Assembly: GCA_963675785.1 (NCBI GenBank)
Contig: OY776562.1
Span: 3,040,001 to 3,104,000, forward strand
Source: Anaerolineae bacterium
GTDB taxonomy: Bacteria > Chloroflexota > Anaerolineae > UBA1429
Reading direction: 5' to 3'
Length of the DNA stretch: 64,000 nt
A model generated the notes under the pieces. The model ran no database searches. It was not told the origin of the DNA and saw only the letters and a program-made list of their open reading frames with translations. The position numbers and the translations under genes are program-made. Within the stretch, counting starts at the first letter, position 1. Each line of letters begins with the position of its first letter. Shown one piece after another: positions 39,216 through 48,588 of the stretch.

Positions 39216-39920
39216 ATGGCCAAGCACGGTAAAAAGTACAATGCGGTCGCTCCTAAAGTCGACCGGCTCAAGAACTATGAACCTGCCGAGGCGGTTGCTT
39301 TGGTGAAAGAGTGCGCGTTTGCTCAATTCAACGAGTCTATTGATGTGCACATGAACACCAACATCGATCCTCGTCAGGCTGACCAGTTGATTCGCGGTAC
39401 GGTATCCCTTCCTGCTGGAACGGGCAAAGTAGTGCGCATCCTGGCCTTTTGTGAAGGTGATGCGGCTCGTATTGCTGAGGAAGCTGGTGCAGATTATGTC
39501 GGCATCGACGAGTATCTGCAAAAGATCCAGGACGGCTGGTTCGAGTTCGATGTCGTTATCGCTGTTCCGCAGGCGATGGGCAAGATCGGGCGCCTTGGTC
39601 GGGTTTTGGGCCCTCGTGGCTTGATGCCGACTCCCAAGGCTGGCACGGTTGTTCAAGAGGACAACATTGCGGATACGATTCAGCAGTTGCGTCAGGGTCG
39701 TGTAGAGTACCGTGTCGACCGCACTGGCAACCTGCATATCCCTGTAGGACGTTCTGCCTTTACTGAAGAGCAATTGATGGATAACCTCACTGCTGTGATG
39801 CGGGCAGTCGTTGCTGCTCGTCCTGCAAGTGTGAAGGGTAACTATATTAAGCGGCTCACGATCACCTCGACGATGGGCCCTGGTATTCGTATAGATATTG
39901 CCGCAGCTTCTGCTCTCTAA
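39216..39920 (+). CDS. rplA: 50S ribosomal protein L1
   Basis: MAKHGKKY, LGRVLGPRGLMPTPK, TSTMGPG. Confidence 0.99.
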   Translation: MAKHGKKYNAVAPKVDRLKNYEPAEAVALVKECAFAQFNESIDVHMNTNIDPRQADQLIRGTVSLPAGTGKVVRILAFCEGDAARIAEEAGADYVGIDEYLQKIQDGWFEFDVVIAVPQAMGKIGRLGRVLGPRGLMPTPKAGTVVQEDNIADTIQQLRQGRVEYRVDRTGNLHIPVGRSAFTEEQLMDNLTAVMRAVVAARPASVKGNYIKRLTITSTMGPGIRIDIAAASAL

Positions 39921-39954
39921 TAATCGATATTCTGAATTGGCCTTTTGGCCAAGA

Positions 39955-40030
39955 GTCTGTCGCTCTAGACAGCAGGTGCGCGTAATTCGCGCTTAAACGG
40001 TTCGCCGGCCCGCCGAAGCGTAAGACTAGA
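39955..40030 (+). ncRNA. L10 leader cis-regulatory RNA
   Basis: AGACAGCAGGTGCGCG..CGCGCTTAAA-CGG-TTCG-CCG-GCCCGCCGAAG upstream of rplJ. Confidence 0.8.
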
Positions 40031-40048
40031 TACAGTTGAACTGTTTCT

Positions 40049-40088
40049 AGGTCTTTGCATCGGTGAGGTGCAAAGACCTTTTTCTTTT
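40049..40088 (+). terminator. Attenuator/terminator hairpin before rplJ
   Basis: AGGTCTTTGCA-TCGGTGAGG-TGCAAAGACCT-TTTTCTTTT. Confidence 0.75.
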
Positions 40089-40102
40089 GGGAGGTGACGG
40101 AT

Positions 40103-40633
40103 TTGGCTATAACTCGTAGCAAGAAGCAAGAGTTGCTCGATTCTTATTCCGAGCGACTCGGGCGCGCAAGCGTGATGATCTGGACAGAGAACAAAGGTAT
40201 CTCTGTTCCCAGGATTCAGGCGTTGCGCAGCGAGCTTCGGCAGACGAGTGCGGAAGCAGTTGTCGTCAAGAATACCTTGATGAGGCTTGCCTTGGAAAAG
40301 GCAGGACTTCCGTACGATGAAGAGATGATGTCGGGTGCGTCCATTGTGACGTTTATTTATGATGACATCGCTCCGGCTGCCAAAGCAGTGTCCACTTTTG
40401 CTTCCAAAGCCGACAAGTTGGCTATCAAAGGTGGATTGGTGGATGGCAAACTCATCGGAGTGGACCAGGTTGATGAGTTGACCCGGCTGCCGTCTCGCGA
40501 GGAGCTTTTGTCTCGTGTGGTGGGTGGCATGCAGGCCCCGATCAGTGGTCTGGTTGGCACACTAGCCGCAGTTGTGCGCGGTGTGGTGAACGTGCTCGAT
40601 GCACGTCGCAAGCAGCTTGAAGAAGCTGCCTAA
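40103..40633 (+). CDS. rplJ: 50S ribosomal protein L10
   Basis: TTG start after GGAGGTG; VVKNTLMRLA, LPSREELL. Confidence 0.97.
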   Translation: MAITRSKKQELLDSYSERLGRASVMIWTENKGISVPRIQALRSELRQTSAEAVVVKNTLMRLALEKAGLPYDEEMMSGASIVTFIYDDIAPAAKAVSTFASKADKLAIKGGLVDGKLIGVDQVDELTRLPSREELLSRVVGGMQAPISGLVGTLAAVVRGVVNVLDARRKQLEEAA

Positions 40634-40684
40634 TTAATTTCAGCAGAAATTCCCAATTCAAGGGTAACAACACGGAGGATCACA

Positions 40685-41059
40685 GTGTCTAGAGAAGAGA
40701 TTATTGAAACCATCAGCAGCATGACCGTCCTTGAGCTCTCTGAGCTTGTCAAGGCTCTTGAGGAAAAGTTCGGCGTTAGCGCTGCTGCTCCGGTGGCTGT
40801 CGCTGCCGCTGCTGGCCCCGCTGCAGCTGTTGAAGAGGAAGAAGAGCAGACCGAGTTCACTGTCATGCTCACCGAAGTCGGCGATCAAAAGGTTCAGGTC
40901 ATCAAGGTTGTGCGTGAGCTGACTAGCCTGGGTCTTCGCGAAGCCAAGGCTGCTGTTGACGAGGCCCCTTCTGCAGTTCTTGAGAACGTGAACAAGGACG
41001 ACGCCGCTGCCGCCAAGGAAAAGCTCGAGGCCGTGGGCGCCAAGGTTACCATCAAGTAA
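40685..41059 (+). CDS. rplL: 50S ribosomal protein L7/L12
   Basis: [43 protein letters not shown]. Confidence 0.99.
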   Translation: MSREEIIETISSMTVLELSELVKALEEKFGVSAAAPVAVAAAAGPAAAVEEEEEQTEFTVMLTEVGDQKVQVIKVVRELTSLGLREAKAAVDEAPSAVLENVNKDDAAAAKEKLEAVGAKVTIK

Positions 41060-41067
41060 CTTGGTCG

Positions 41068-41104
41068 AAAAGGGGAACCGCTTAGCGGTTCCCCTTTTTT
41101 GTTT
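41068..41104 (+). terminator. Intrinsic terminator after rplL
   Basis: AAAAGGGGAACCGC-TTA-GCGGTTCCCCTTTTTT. Confidence 0.9.
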
Positions 41105-41116
41105 AGCATATAGATA

Positions 41117-41145
41117 ACAAAAAACTCGCCGCATGCGGCGAGTTT
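41117..41145 (-). terminator. Terminator for tRNA-Val
   Basis: AAACTCGCCGCATGCGGCGAGTTT palindrome with a U-tract on the minus strand. Confidence 0.75.
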
Positions 41146-41151
41146 ATGCTG

Positions 41152-41225
41152 TGGGCAGGATAGGACTCGAACCTACGGCCTCCACGATGTCAACGTGGCG
41201 CTCTAACCAGCTGGGCTACCTGCCC
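41152..41225 (-). tRNA. tRNA-Val(GAC)
   Basis: Minus strand GGGCAGG..CCACG-TTGACAT-CGTGG..GTAGGTTCGAGTCCTAT-CCTGCCC-A; TTGCAA-N16-TATAAT promoter upstream. Confidence 0.93.
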
Positions 41226-41339
41226 CCACTGAGGCTATTATACGGGATTCCGGCTTCCTTGCAAGTTATGCACTGACGGGTTGCTTTTCGCTGAGACGGT
41301 GATATGCTCTGCCCAGTATTGGGCTCAAGGAGATTGATA

Positions 41340-43349
41340 ATGTCTGAGAAATGCGAACGCGAACCGCTTCAGCTTCCTGAATCGTGGGACCCTGAAGCCA
41401 AACTATGTGCCAACTATACCGAATACGGCACGTTTCACGAATCGCGGCAAGGGGCTTCTCTAGCCGAGGCTTTGGTGGCCAATGGCACTGCGCAGGATAT
41501 CGCTCTGGCCCACGAGGTGCTCGAAGCGACCCTGATTTGCCAAGAGATGGATCCACGCGATCCTCACTATGGCAATTTCTACTGGATGGCTGAGGATACG
41601 GTAGTATTTGACCTCAATGCCGTCGAGTTTTGCCTTGAACACCTGATCCCAATGATGATTGAACATCGCGCTAGGCTGCAGCCATCTATGCAGGCACGTG
41701 TGCTGGAAGCGATACGTTTGGGATTGGATGAGATTCGTCGTCTTGATGTTCTGGTCGCCTATACCAATATTACTGCTTTGGACATTCTGAACACGTGTTT
41801 GGGCGGAGAACTACTGGGCGATGTAGAGATTGCCCAACGTGGCTATGCCAAACTGCAAGAGTTTATTGCTTTCAATGACCAAGGTGGCATACCGGCCGAA
41901 TACAATAGCCCCACGTATACGCGCGTAGCTCTAAAGTCCATGATGGGGCTGATATCTCTGGCGAAAGACAGTGCCACGCGTACTCGGGCCCATGCCCAGT
42001 TGTTGCGCTTGGCCGTAAGCGCCGGACTGCATTTGCATGAGGGTACTGGCCGCTGGGCTGCGCCGCACAGCCGTGCCTATCAGCCCTCGGTGGAATGCCG
42101 CGAGGCGCCAGAAGTTGAGCTGTTCGATGCCTGGATTGAAAAGGGCGATTTGCCGGTATGGTGTCGCGCTCTGTGGCAGGGCAATTCAGTGCCTCACGAA
42201 ATCTGGGAGAGCGTGGATTCTCGTGTAGGTGTAGGCCTGTCGACTTGTATGGATAAGACCTTTGCCCTGGGTGTAGGTTCTTTGGGCGAGGGCGGCCAGG
42301 CGGATTCTTGCATGGTTCACTATAGGCGAGAAAAACCTTGTGATGGAGTCTTGTACACGCGCTATCTGATCAATGATAAATGGCTTGGTGACACCTACCA
42401 TCCCACAGACCGCACCAAGTCGAGAAACCTTGCCGACGAGGGGATGTTCTACGGTGTGCAGAGCACGAACAAAGCTTTGGGTTTGTATCGGCCCCAGCAT
42501 GTTTCTGAGTGTAGTAGTGCCAAGGTCGCGCTCATTTGGACGCGTATTGAGGGTATTGACGAGATACGGGTGAATGGTGAGCTGGTGACGGCGCTTCCTT
42601 ATAACGTTCCCGAAAATAGCGTGGTTGGAATCGCTGCTGGAGAGACATATATGGCAGTTCGCCCTCTGTCTTGCACGGCTATGGGTCGCGAGACACCCGT
42701 GCGCTTGGTCGATATCAAGGGCGATCTGGTGCTCGAGATGTACAACTACAAGGGAGAAAGCAAGCGCTTTTGGGAATTGGGTTGGCCCGGGGCATTTTTC
42801 AAAGGACACCCAACCTGCGGCTTTTATCTTGAGGTCGGCAATTCTTCAGATTGTGCTGATCTGGCGGCTTTCTGCGAAATTGTGGCCAGTGGGCACGTGA
42901 CAGACACTATCGATGAACCCTTCACCTATGCAGGCGATCGACCGCGTGTGCGCACACTCGCTTACGAGCGAGAGGGCAAATCTTTTGGCATGAAGGTGGA
43001 CGTGATGGCCTGGCAGCAACTTTCACGTTGGATTGGTGACACCGAGTTGGGTATGCCCATGTTGGAATCACCCTATGCCCGACAGAATCGAGAGGGCTAT
43101 GTAGCCGTAGCAGATGCATCGTTGACATGCGCTGCTGCGCCAGCTTGGCTAGCAGCATTCCCTGAAAAGGGCATCTGGGCGGCAGGTGTCCACAATCAAA
43201 CCCCTTGTGAATTGACGCTGGAAACATCAGTCGGCCGTGTTCATGTTGCCCAATTTGCCATGGGCACCATCGAATGGGTTGATGGACAGGTATCCATCAA
43301 CGCGCTCGTGGCTGAGGGTATCAAAGTCACAGGGGCCAATCTGGCTTAA
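41340..43349 (+). CDS. Uncharacterised ~670 aa cytoplasmic protein (helical N-half, beta-rich C-half)
   Basis: Long ORF with AAGGAG RBS; motifs DLNAVEF, YTNI..LGGE, EYNSPTY, APHSRAY; family not identified with certainty. Confidence 0.7.
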   Translation: MSEKCEREPLQLPESWDPEAKLCANYTEYGTFHESRQGASLAEALVANGTAQDIALAHEVLEATLICQEMDPRDPHYGNFYWMAEDTVVFDLNAVEFCLEHLIPMMIEHRARLQPSMQARVLEAIRLGLDEIRRLDVLVAYTNITALDILNTCLGGELLGDVEIAQRGYAKLQEFIAFNDQGGIPAEYNSPTYTRVALKSMMGLISLAKDSATRTRAHAQLLRLAVSAGLHLHEGTGRWAAPHSRAYQPSVECREAPEVELFDAWIEKGDLPVWCRALWQGNSVPHEIWESVDSRVGVGLSTCMDKTFALGVGSLGEGGQADSCMVHYRREKPCDGVLYTRYLINDKWLGDTYHPTDRTKSRNLADEGMFYGVQSTNKALGLYRPQHVSECSSAKVALIWTRIEGIDEIRVNGELVTALPYNVPENSVVGIAAGETYMAVRPLSCTAMGRETPVRLVDIKGDLVLEMYNYKGESKRFWELGWPGAFFKGHPTCGFYLEVGNSSDCADLAAFCEIVASGHVTDTIDEPFTYAGDRPRVRTLAYEREGKSFGMKVDVMAWQQLSRWIGDTELGMPMLESPYARQNREGYVAVADASLTCAAAPAWLAAFPEKGIWAAGVHNQTPCELTLETSVGRVHVAQFAMGTIEWVDGQVSINALVAEGIKVTGANLA

Positions 43350-43400
43350 CAGGTAGGTACTTTGGGATATGCTTCACATACCCCTGGGGTGTTCCTCTTT

Positions 43401-43429
43401 TTGCAGTGCACTTGTGCGGGATGTATAAT
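43401..43429 (+). promoter_or_regulatory. Putative sigma70 promoter of the AOR-Hdr-Flx operon
   Basis: TTGCAG-N17-TATAAT. Confidence 0.6.
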
Positions 43430-43467
43430 CTCTGCTTAGAGGGGTTGAACCGTTAAAATACAAGAGT

Positions 43468-43710
43468 GGAGACCCAATCTCCGATATGGAACAAGTTTGT
43501 ACAGCTGGCTCTGGAGGGCTTCTGGCAAAGGCGCAGACCCTCAAAGTGTCGCATAGCTGTTCATCGCATATTGCGGCATCCGATTTTCTTGTGAGCTGTA
43601 CAGATACTTTGTTCCAAAAAGCACATTTGGCATTCATTCAAAATGGAATAGTACTATTCGAACGGACCATTGCGGACTGTACCAGGGAAAGCATGGTCCG
43701 TTCTGCATTT
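43468..43710 (+). other. Highly structured 5' leader (candidate cis-regulatory RNA)
   Basis: Long imperfect inverted repeat 43487-43506/43594-43616 enclosing two hairpins; 14-bp palindrome 43646-43659; 11-bp stem 43660-43670/43693-43703. Confidence 0.45.
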
Positions 43711-43729
43711 TTCAAGGGGGAAGATGCTC

Positions 43730-45607
43730 ATGTATTCCTATAGCGGCAGAGTTCTACATGTCGATGTTGGCACGCGTACTTCATGGGTGGAGCAGCTCGA
43801 TGAATCGCTCCTTAAAAAGCTGCTGGGAGGCGTGGGTTTGGCCACCTGGTTGGTTTACAAAAACACGCCCGCTGGTTGTGACCCGCTTGGCCCGGATAAC
43901 GCGCTCTGTTTTGCCTGTAGTGTGTTTGCTGGCACTACTATGCCGGTAGGCACCAAACATGCGGTGGCCAGCAAGTCACCCTTGACGGGTGTCATTGGCG
44001 ATTCGCTCTCTGGCAGCCACTTTTCTGAGGAGCTGCGCCGCGCCGGGTGGGATGGTATTGTCATCAAGGGGCAGGCGCCCGACTGGACCCTTTTGTTCAT
44101 TGATGATGACGATGTTCGCTTTCTCGAAGCTGGTGATTTGGTTGGCATGGGCTGTATGGGCACACAGCAGCGCGTGCGCGACTTGTTCGGCGATGAGAAC
44201 GTACGGGTGAGTTCCATCGGGCCGGCCGGCGAGAATTTGGTGCGTTTTGCTTCGATTGACAATGACGGCCGCCAAGTGGGTCGCACGGGCAATGGCACGG
44301 TGATGGGTAGCAAAAAGATCAAAGCCATTGCTTTGCGAGGCTCCAAGCCTGTCAGCGTGGCTGATCCCAAAGGTTTGCTGGCAGAGACCAAACGGCTCAT
44401 CCAAGTGGCACAAGGCCCGGGCACGTTCAAGTATCGTACGTTAGGTACCCCCGCCAACGTGCTGAATATGAACAAGATCGGCGTACTGCCCACACGAAAC
44501 TTTTCCGAGACGATTTTTGAACACGCCAACGAGATCAGTGGTGAATTCCTCCGCGACCATCTGTTGGTCAAAGAAGTGGCCTGTTCGGGCTGCCCTATCG
44601 CCTGTGAGCATTGGGCCGAGATCAAAGAGGGCCCCTACAAAGGCTCGATGATCGGTGTGGATTACGAACCCCTCTTCTCGCTGGGTTCCAACTGCGGCAT
44701 TGGCGATTTTGGCCCCATTGTGCACCTCATCGAAATGTGCGATGACCTGGGCATGGACGCCATGAGCGCCGGTGTGGTCATTAGTTGGGCTATGGAAGCT
44801 TTTGAACGGGGTGTATTTACTACCGAGGACACTGGCGGCTTGGAACTAAACTTTGGCAACGATGTGGCCGCCGTGGAAATTCTCAGACAAATTGCTTACC
44901 GTGAGGGATTGGGCGATCTATTGGCTGAGGGCGTCAAGCGCGCTTCAGAGCATACGGGCAAGGGCAGTGAGCACTATGCCATGCACATCAAGGGGCTAGA
45001 GATGCCTGGTTACGATGTGCGCAGCCTAAAGACCTTTGCCATGGGCCTGGCTGTGGGCACCCGCGGTGGCTGCCACAATCGCTCTCTGGCTTACGAGGCG
45101 GACATCAAGGGAGAGGTCGACCGTTTTACGGCGGATTCGAGCCGTGGCGCTATTGCCCGCGATAAAGAGAACTTTGCAGCCATCCTCGATTCGCTGGTTT
45201 TGTGCAAGTTCATCCGTAATGCCTTTGATGACTTTTACGAGGATGTGGCCCGCCTCTACAACATGGTCACAGGCCTTGATCTAACGGCGGCAGAGCTCAA
45301 GGCAGTAGGGGAGCGGGTTTGGAATCTGAAAAAGGCCTTTAACATTCGTGAGGGTTGGACGCGCGCTGACGACTGGCTGCCCGATCGTGTGCTCATGGAT
45401 CCGGTTCCTGATGGGCCATCCAAGGGCTCTTTTGTGACGGCGGACGAGCTCAATATGATGATCGATTCGTACTATGTGGCTCGTGGATGGACACCGGAAG
45501 GCTTGATCCCCCGCGAGAAACTGATTGAGTTGGGCCTTGGGGACATAGCCGACGACATTTGCCCAAGTTTGGTGGTAGCACCGGAACCTGCGGTCAAGGA
45601 GGCCTAG
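43730..45607 (+). CDS. Tungsten-dependent aldehyde:ferredoxin oxidoreductase (WOR/AOR family)
   Basis: KSPLTG, SIGPAGEN, VMGSKKIKA, CSGCPIAC + LVLCKF cluster ligands, DYE, DDLGMD, RGGCH. Confidence 0.95.
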   Translation: MYSYSGRVLHVDVGTRTSWVEQLDESLLKKLLGGVGLATWLVYKNTPAGCDPLGPDNALCFACSVFAGTTMPVGTKHAVASKSPLTGVIGDSLSGSHFSEELRRAGWDGIVIKGQAPDWTLLFIDDDDVRFLEAGDLVGMGCMGTQQRVRDLFGDENVRVSSIGPAGENLVRFASIDNDGRQVGRTGNGTVMGSKKIKAIALRGSKPVSVADPKGLLAETKRLIQVAQGPGTFKYRTLGTPANVLNMNKIGVLPTRNFSETIFEHANEISGEFLRDHLLVKEVACSGCPIACEHWAEIKEGPYKGSMIGVDYEPLFSLGSNCGIGDFGPIVHLIEMCDDLGMDAMSAGVVISWAMEAFERGVFTTEDTGGLELNFGNDVAAVEILRQIAYREGLGDLLAEGVKRASEHTGKGSEHYAMHIKGLEMPGYDVRSLKTFAMGLAVGTRGGCHNRSLAYEADIKGEVDRFTADSSRGAIARDKENFAAILDSLVLCKFIRNAFDDFYEDVARLYNMVTGLDLTAAELKAVGERVWNLKKAFNIREGWTRADDWLPDRVLMDPVPDGPSKGSFVTADELNMMIDSYYVARGWTPEGLIPREKLIELGLGDIADDICPSLVVAPEPAVKEA

Positions 45608-45609
45608 CC

Positions 45610-46125
45610 GTGGCAGTAACCCAGTATCAGCATATTATTTGTGACCCCGACAAGTGTATCGGCTGCAGGTTGTGTGAGTATGCTTGTTCAGCTACCAAGA
45701 CCAACGCTTTTGATGCGCCCATGTCACGCATTCGGGTGGTGCGCATTGAGCCCATTACCATGATTGCCATAAGCTGCCGGCTCTGTGCGGATGCTCCCTG
45801 CATTATCGCCTGCCCGCGGAACGCCTTGACGCGTTCTTCTGAGAACGGCACTATCATTGTGGATGTTGACAAGTGCGATGGTTGCGGGTGGTGCATTGAG
45901 GCCTGCGATTTCGGCGCCATGCTCCTCGACCCGGCTACAAAGACGGCGGCTGTGTGCGATTTGTGTGCCGATCAACCCGATGGCCCGCAGTGCGTGGCCT
46001 TTTGCCCCAAAGAAGCGCTGGTATTAGGCACGCCGGAGACGCTTCGCCAGCAGGCTCGGCGTGATGTGGTAAAGAAACTGTTTGATGAACTATCGACTGA
46101 TGGCCCACAGCAGGAGAAGCGATAG
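45610..46125 (+). CDS. 4Fe-4S dicluster electron-transfer subunit (AorA/CooF/HydN-like)
   Basis: CIGCRLCEYAC, CRLCADAPCIIACP, CDGCGWCIEAC, CDLC..PQCVAFCP; GTG start after AAGGAGG. Confidence 0.9.
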   Translation: MAVTQYQHIICDPDKCIGCRLCEYACSATKTNAFDAPMSRIRVVRIEPITMIAISCRLCADAPCIIACPRNALTRSSENGTIIVDVDKCDGCGWCIEACDFGAMLLDPATKTAAVCDLCADQPDGPQCVAFCPKEALVLGTPETLRQQARRDVVKKLFDELSTDGPQQEKR

Positions 46126-46128
46126 CGA

Positions 46129-48588
46129 ATGGAAGAACAGATCCGAGTTGGGGTGTATGTTTGCAGTTGTGGTTCAAACATCGGAAGTGTGGTCGACCCC
46201 AAGGTGTTGGCCGAATACGCCAGCGCGTTGCCCGATGTGGTGCTCACCCGTGATAACCTGTACATGTGCGGTGAGCCGGGTCAGAAAATGGTGCAAAAGG
46301 ACATTGTCGAGCACAACCTGAATCGCGTGGTGATTGCGGCCTGCAGTGTGCGCATGCACGAGCCTACTTTTAGGGCTTGCGTGGCCAAGGCGGGGCTCAA
46401 CCCCTTCCTTATGGAGATGGCCAACATCCGCGAGCAGGACACCTGGGTGCACGGCCACGATCATGAGGGAGCCCTGGCCAAGGCCAAGGACCTGATTGCG
46501 GCGGCAGTGGCCAAGGTACGCTATGCCCACCCGCTGCAAACCATCACCGTGCCAGTAACCAAGGCCGCGCTCGTGGTGGGCGGCGGTGTTGCAGGTATTA
46601 GTTCGGCGCTAGACCTCGCCGATATGGGGATCAAGACCTATCTGTTGGAAAGGGAGCTGAGCATTGGCGGCAAGATGGCTCAGCTGAACAAGACCTTTCC
46701 AACGATGGATTGCTCCATTTGAATACTTGCACCAAAGATGGTTGACGCGGCGCGTCACCCCAACATTGAAATACTGAGCTATTCGGAACTACTACGACTT
46801 GACGGCTATATCGGCAATTTCCGCGCCGAGATCGTCCGCAAGCCGCGCTATGTCATTGCGTCCAACTGCACCGGCTGTGGCGAGTGTGCTGAGGCCTGCC
46901 CCATTGAGGTGCCCAACGCCTTTGATGTGGATATTGCCCCGCGCAAAGCCATAGATGTGCCCCATGCCCAGGCGGTGCCGCTCATCTATGCCATTGATAT
47001 GGATAACTGTATCCAGTGCTATCAATGTGTAACGGCCTGTGGCGAGCGTGATGCCATTGATTTCTCTCAGGAACCCGAAATCATCAATCTCGATGTCGGT
47101 GCCATTGTCACTGCTACGGGGTTTGACGTCTTTGATCCACAAGTGATTCCCGAATACGGCTATAGCCACTATCCCAACGTCATCACGGCGATGGAATTGG
47201 AACGACTAGCCAACTCGGCGGGGCCCACGATTGGTCGCCTGGTGCGCCCTTCGGACGGCAAACCACCCGAGAGCCTGGCGTTGGTTCTCTGCGTTGGCTC
47301 GCGTGACAAGCGCTATAACGAATATTGCTCGGGCTTTTGCTGCATGTATTCCATCAAGAACGCCATTCTGCTCAAACAAGCCAACCCCGAGATGGACATC
47401 ACCATCTTTTACATGGATATCCGTACGCCTTCTAAAGGATATGAAGAGTTTTACAATCGCGCCCGAGCTGCTGGCATTCGCTTTGTGCGCGGTCGGCCGG
47501 CTCAGATCACCGAAGATCCCACCACACATAACCTGTTTATTGAGGCCGAGGATCAGGAATTGGGCGAGGTCATTGAACTGGAGACCGAAATGGCCGTTTT
47601 AGCTTCGGCAGCCATTCCATCCGAAGGCACTGATGAGCTAGCTTCTCAACTGACCCTTTCGCGCAGCCCCAGTGGCTTTTTCATGGAGTATCACCCCAAG
47701 CTGCGTCCGGTCGATTCGCCCACGGATGGCATCTTTTTGGCGGGCGCGGCCCAAGGGCCCAAGGACATTCCCGCCAGTGTGGCTCAGGCCAGCGCTGCAG
47801 CCTCACGTGCAGCACGGGTACTTTCTTCAGCTACCTGGGAGATCGAGCCCATCATTGCCGAGGTTGACCCCAAGGTGTGCATCAGCGCCCAGGGCAAAAA
47901 GTGTGGCATTTGCGCTACGGCCTGTCCTTACGGTGCTATCATCGTTGAGCCTGGCCAACCTGCGGTAGTTACCCAAGCCAAATGTCATGGCTGTGGTGGC
48001 TGTGTGGCTGAATGCCCGCACAATGCCATCACCCAGCATCACTTTACCGATCCGCAATTGGCGGCAGAGTTGGAAGCACTGCTCGATGACAAACCAGAAG
48101 AGAAAATTCTGGTGTTCATGTGCAACTGGTGTAGCTATGGCGGTGCTGATAACGCCGGCAGCAGCCACTTTGAATACACTTCGGCTTCACGAGGCCTGCG
48201 GGTGATGTGTTCGGCGCGTATGGATCAGGACTTTATTCTGGAGGCTTTCCGCCGAGGCGCTGGCATGGTACTGGTTTCGGGTTGCCACCCGCAAGACTGC
48301 CACTATATCACTGGCCAGCAAGTAGCGGCCCAGCGTTTTGATCGTATTCCGCGTACACTGGAGCGCGCTGGCATCAACCCCGAGCGTTTCAGAGTGGAGT
48401 GGATTTCGGCGGCCGAGGGCGAAAAGTATGCCCGTGTGCTCAATGAGATGCAGGTCAAACTGGATTCGCTTGACCCCGAGGTGCTGCGGGAAGAGAATCG
48501 TACGGCTGAGCCTTCGTTAACCTCGCGGCTCAAGCGCTGGAAGTTGGTGCCCGAGATGGCCGCTATTCTAGAGGCGACCAAATCATGA
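46129..48588 (+). CDS. hdrA: HdrA-MvhD fusion, selenoprotein (UGA at codon 198, 46720-46722); 819 aa
   Basis: ORFs 46129-46722 and 46738-48588 are in frame across a single TGA in KTFPTMDCSI-U-ILAPKM; GGGVAG FAD motif, CVGSRD..YCSGFCCMYSIK, two ferredoxin domains, C-terminal MvhD (CNWCSY, CSAR, GCHPQDCHY). Confidence 0.9.
46739..46760 (+). promoter_or_regulatory. Bacterial SECIS-like hairpin
   Basis: GG-(T bulge)-TGACGC-GGC-GCGTCA-CC; apical loop starts with G about 27 nt after the UGA. Confidence 0.65.

Noticed and set aside
41152-41225. tRNA-Val as an island integration site, or as a pseudo-tRNA (C-A mismatch in the D-stem)
   Set aside because: No duplicated 3' end or integrase seen; the rest of the cloverleaf, the promoter and the terminator are intact.
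43560-43645. sigma54 promoter, Rex operator or Moco/Tuco riboswitch in the AOR leader
   Set aside because: TTGGCA lacks the -12 GC; TTGTTCC-N4-AGCACAT is only a weak Rex-like match; the conserved Moco motif elements were not found.
43486-43743. 85-aa ORF upstream of AOR
   Set aside because: No recognisable motif, overlaps the AOR start out of frame, and coincides with inverted-repeat structure; more likely non-coding.
46720-46722. hdrA as a nonsense-disrupted pseudogene or split gene
   Set aside because: The stop is UGA at a conserved Cys/Sec position, the frame is preserved, a SECIS-like hairpin follows and all motifs are intact.
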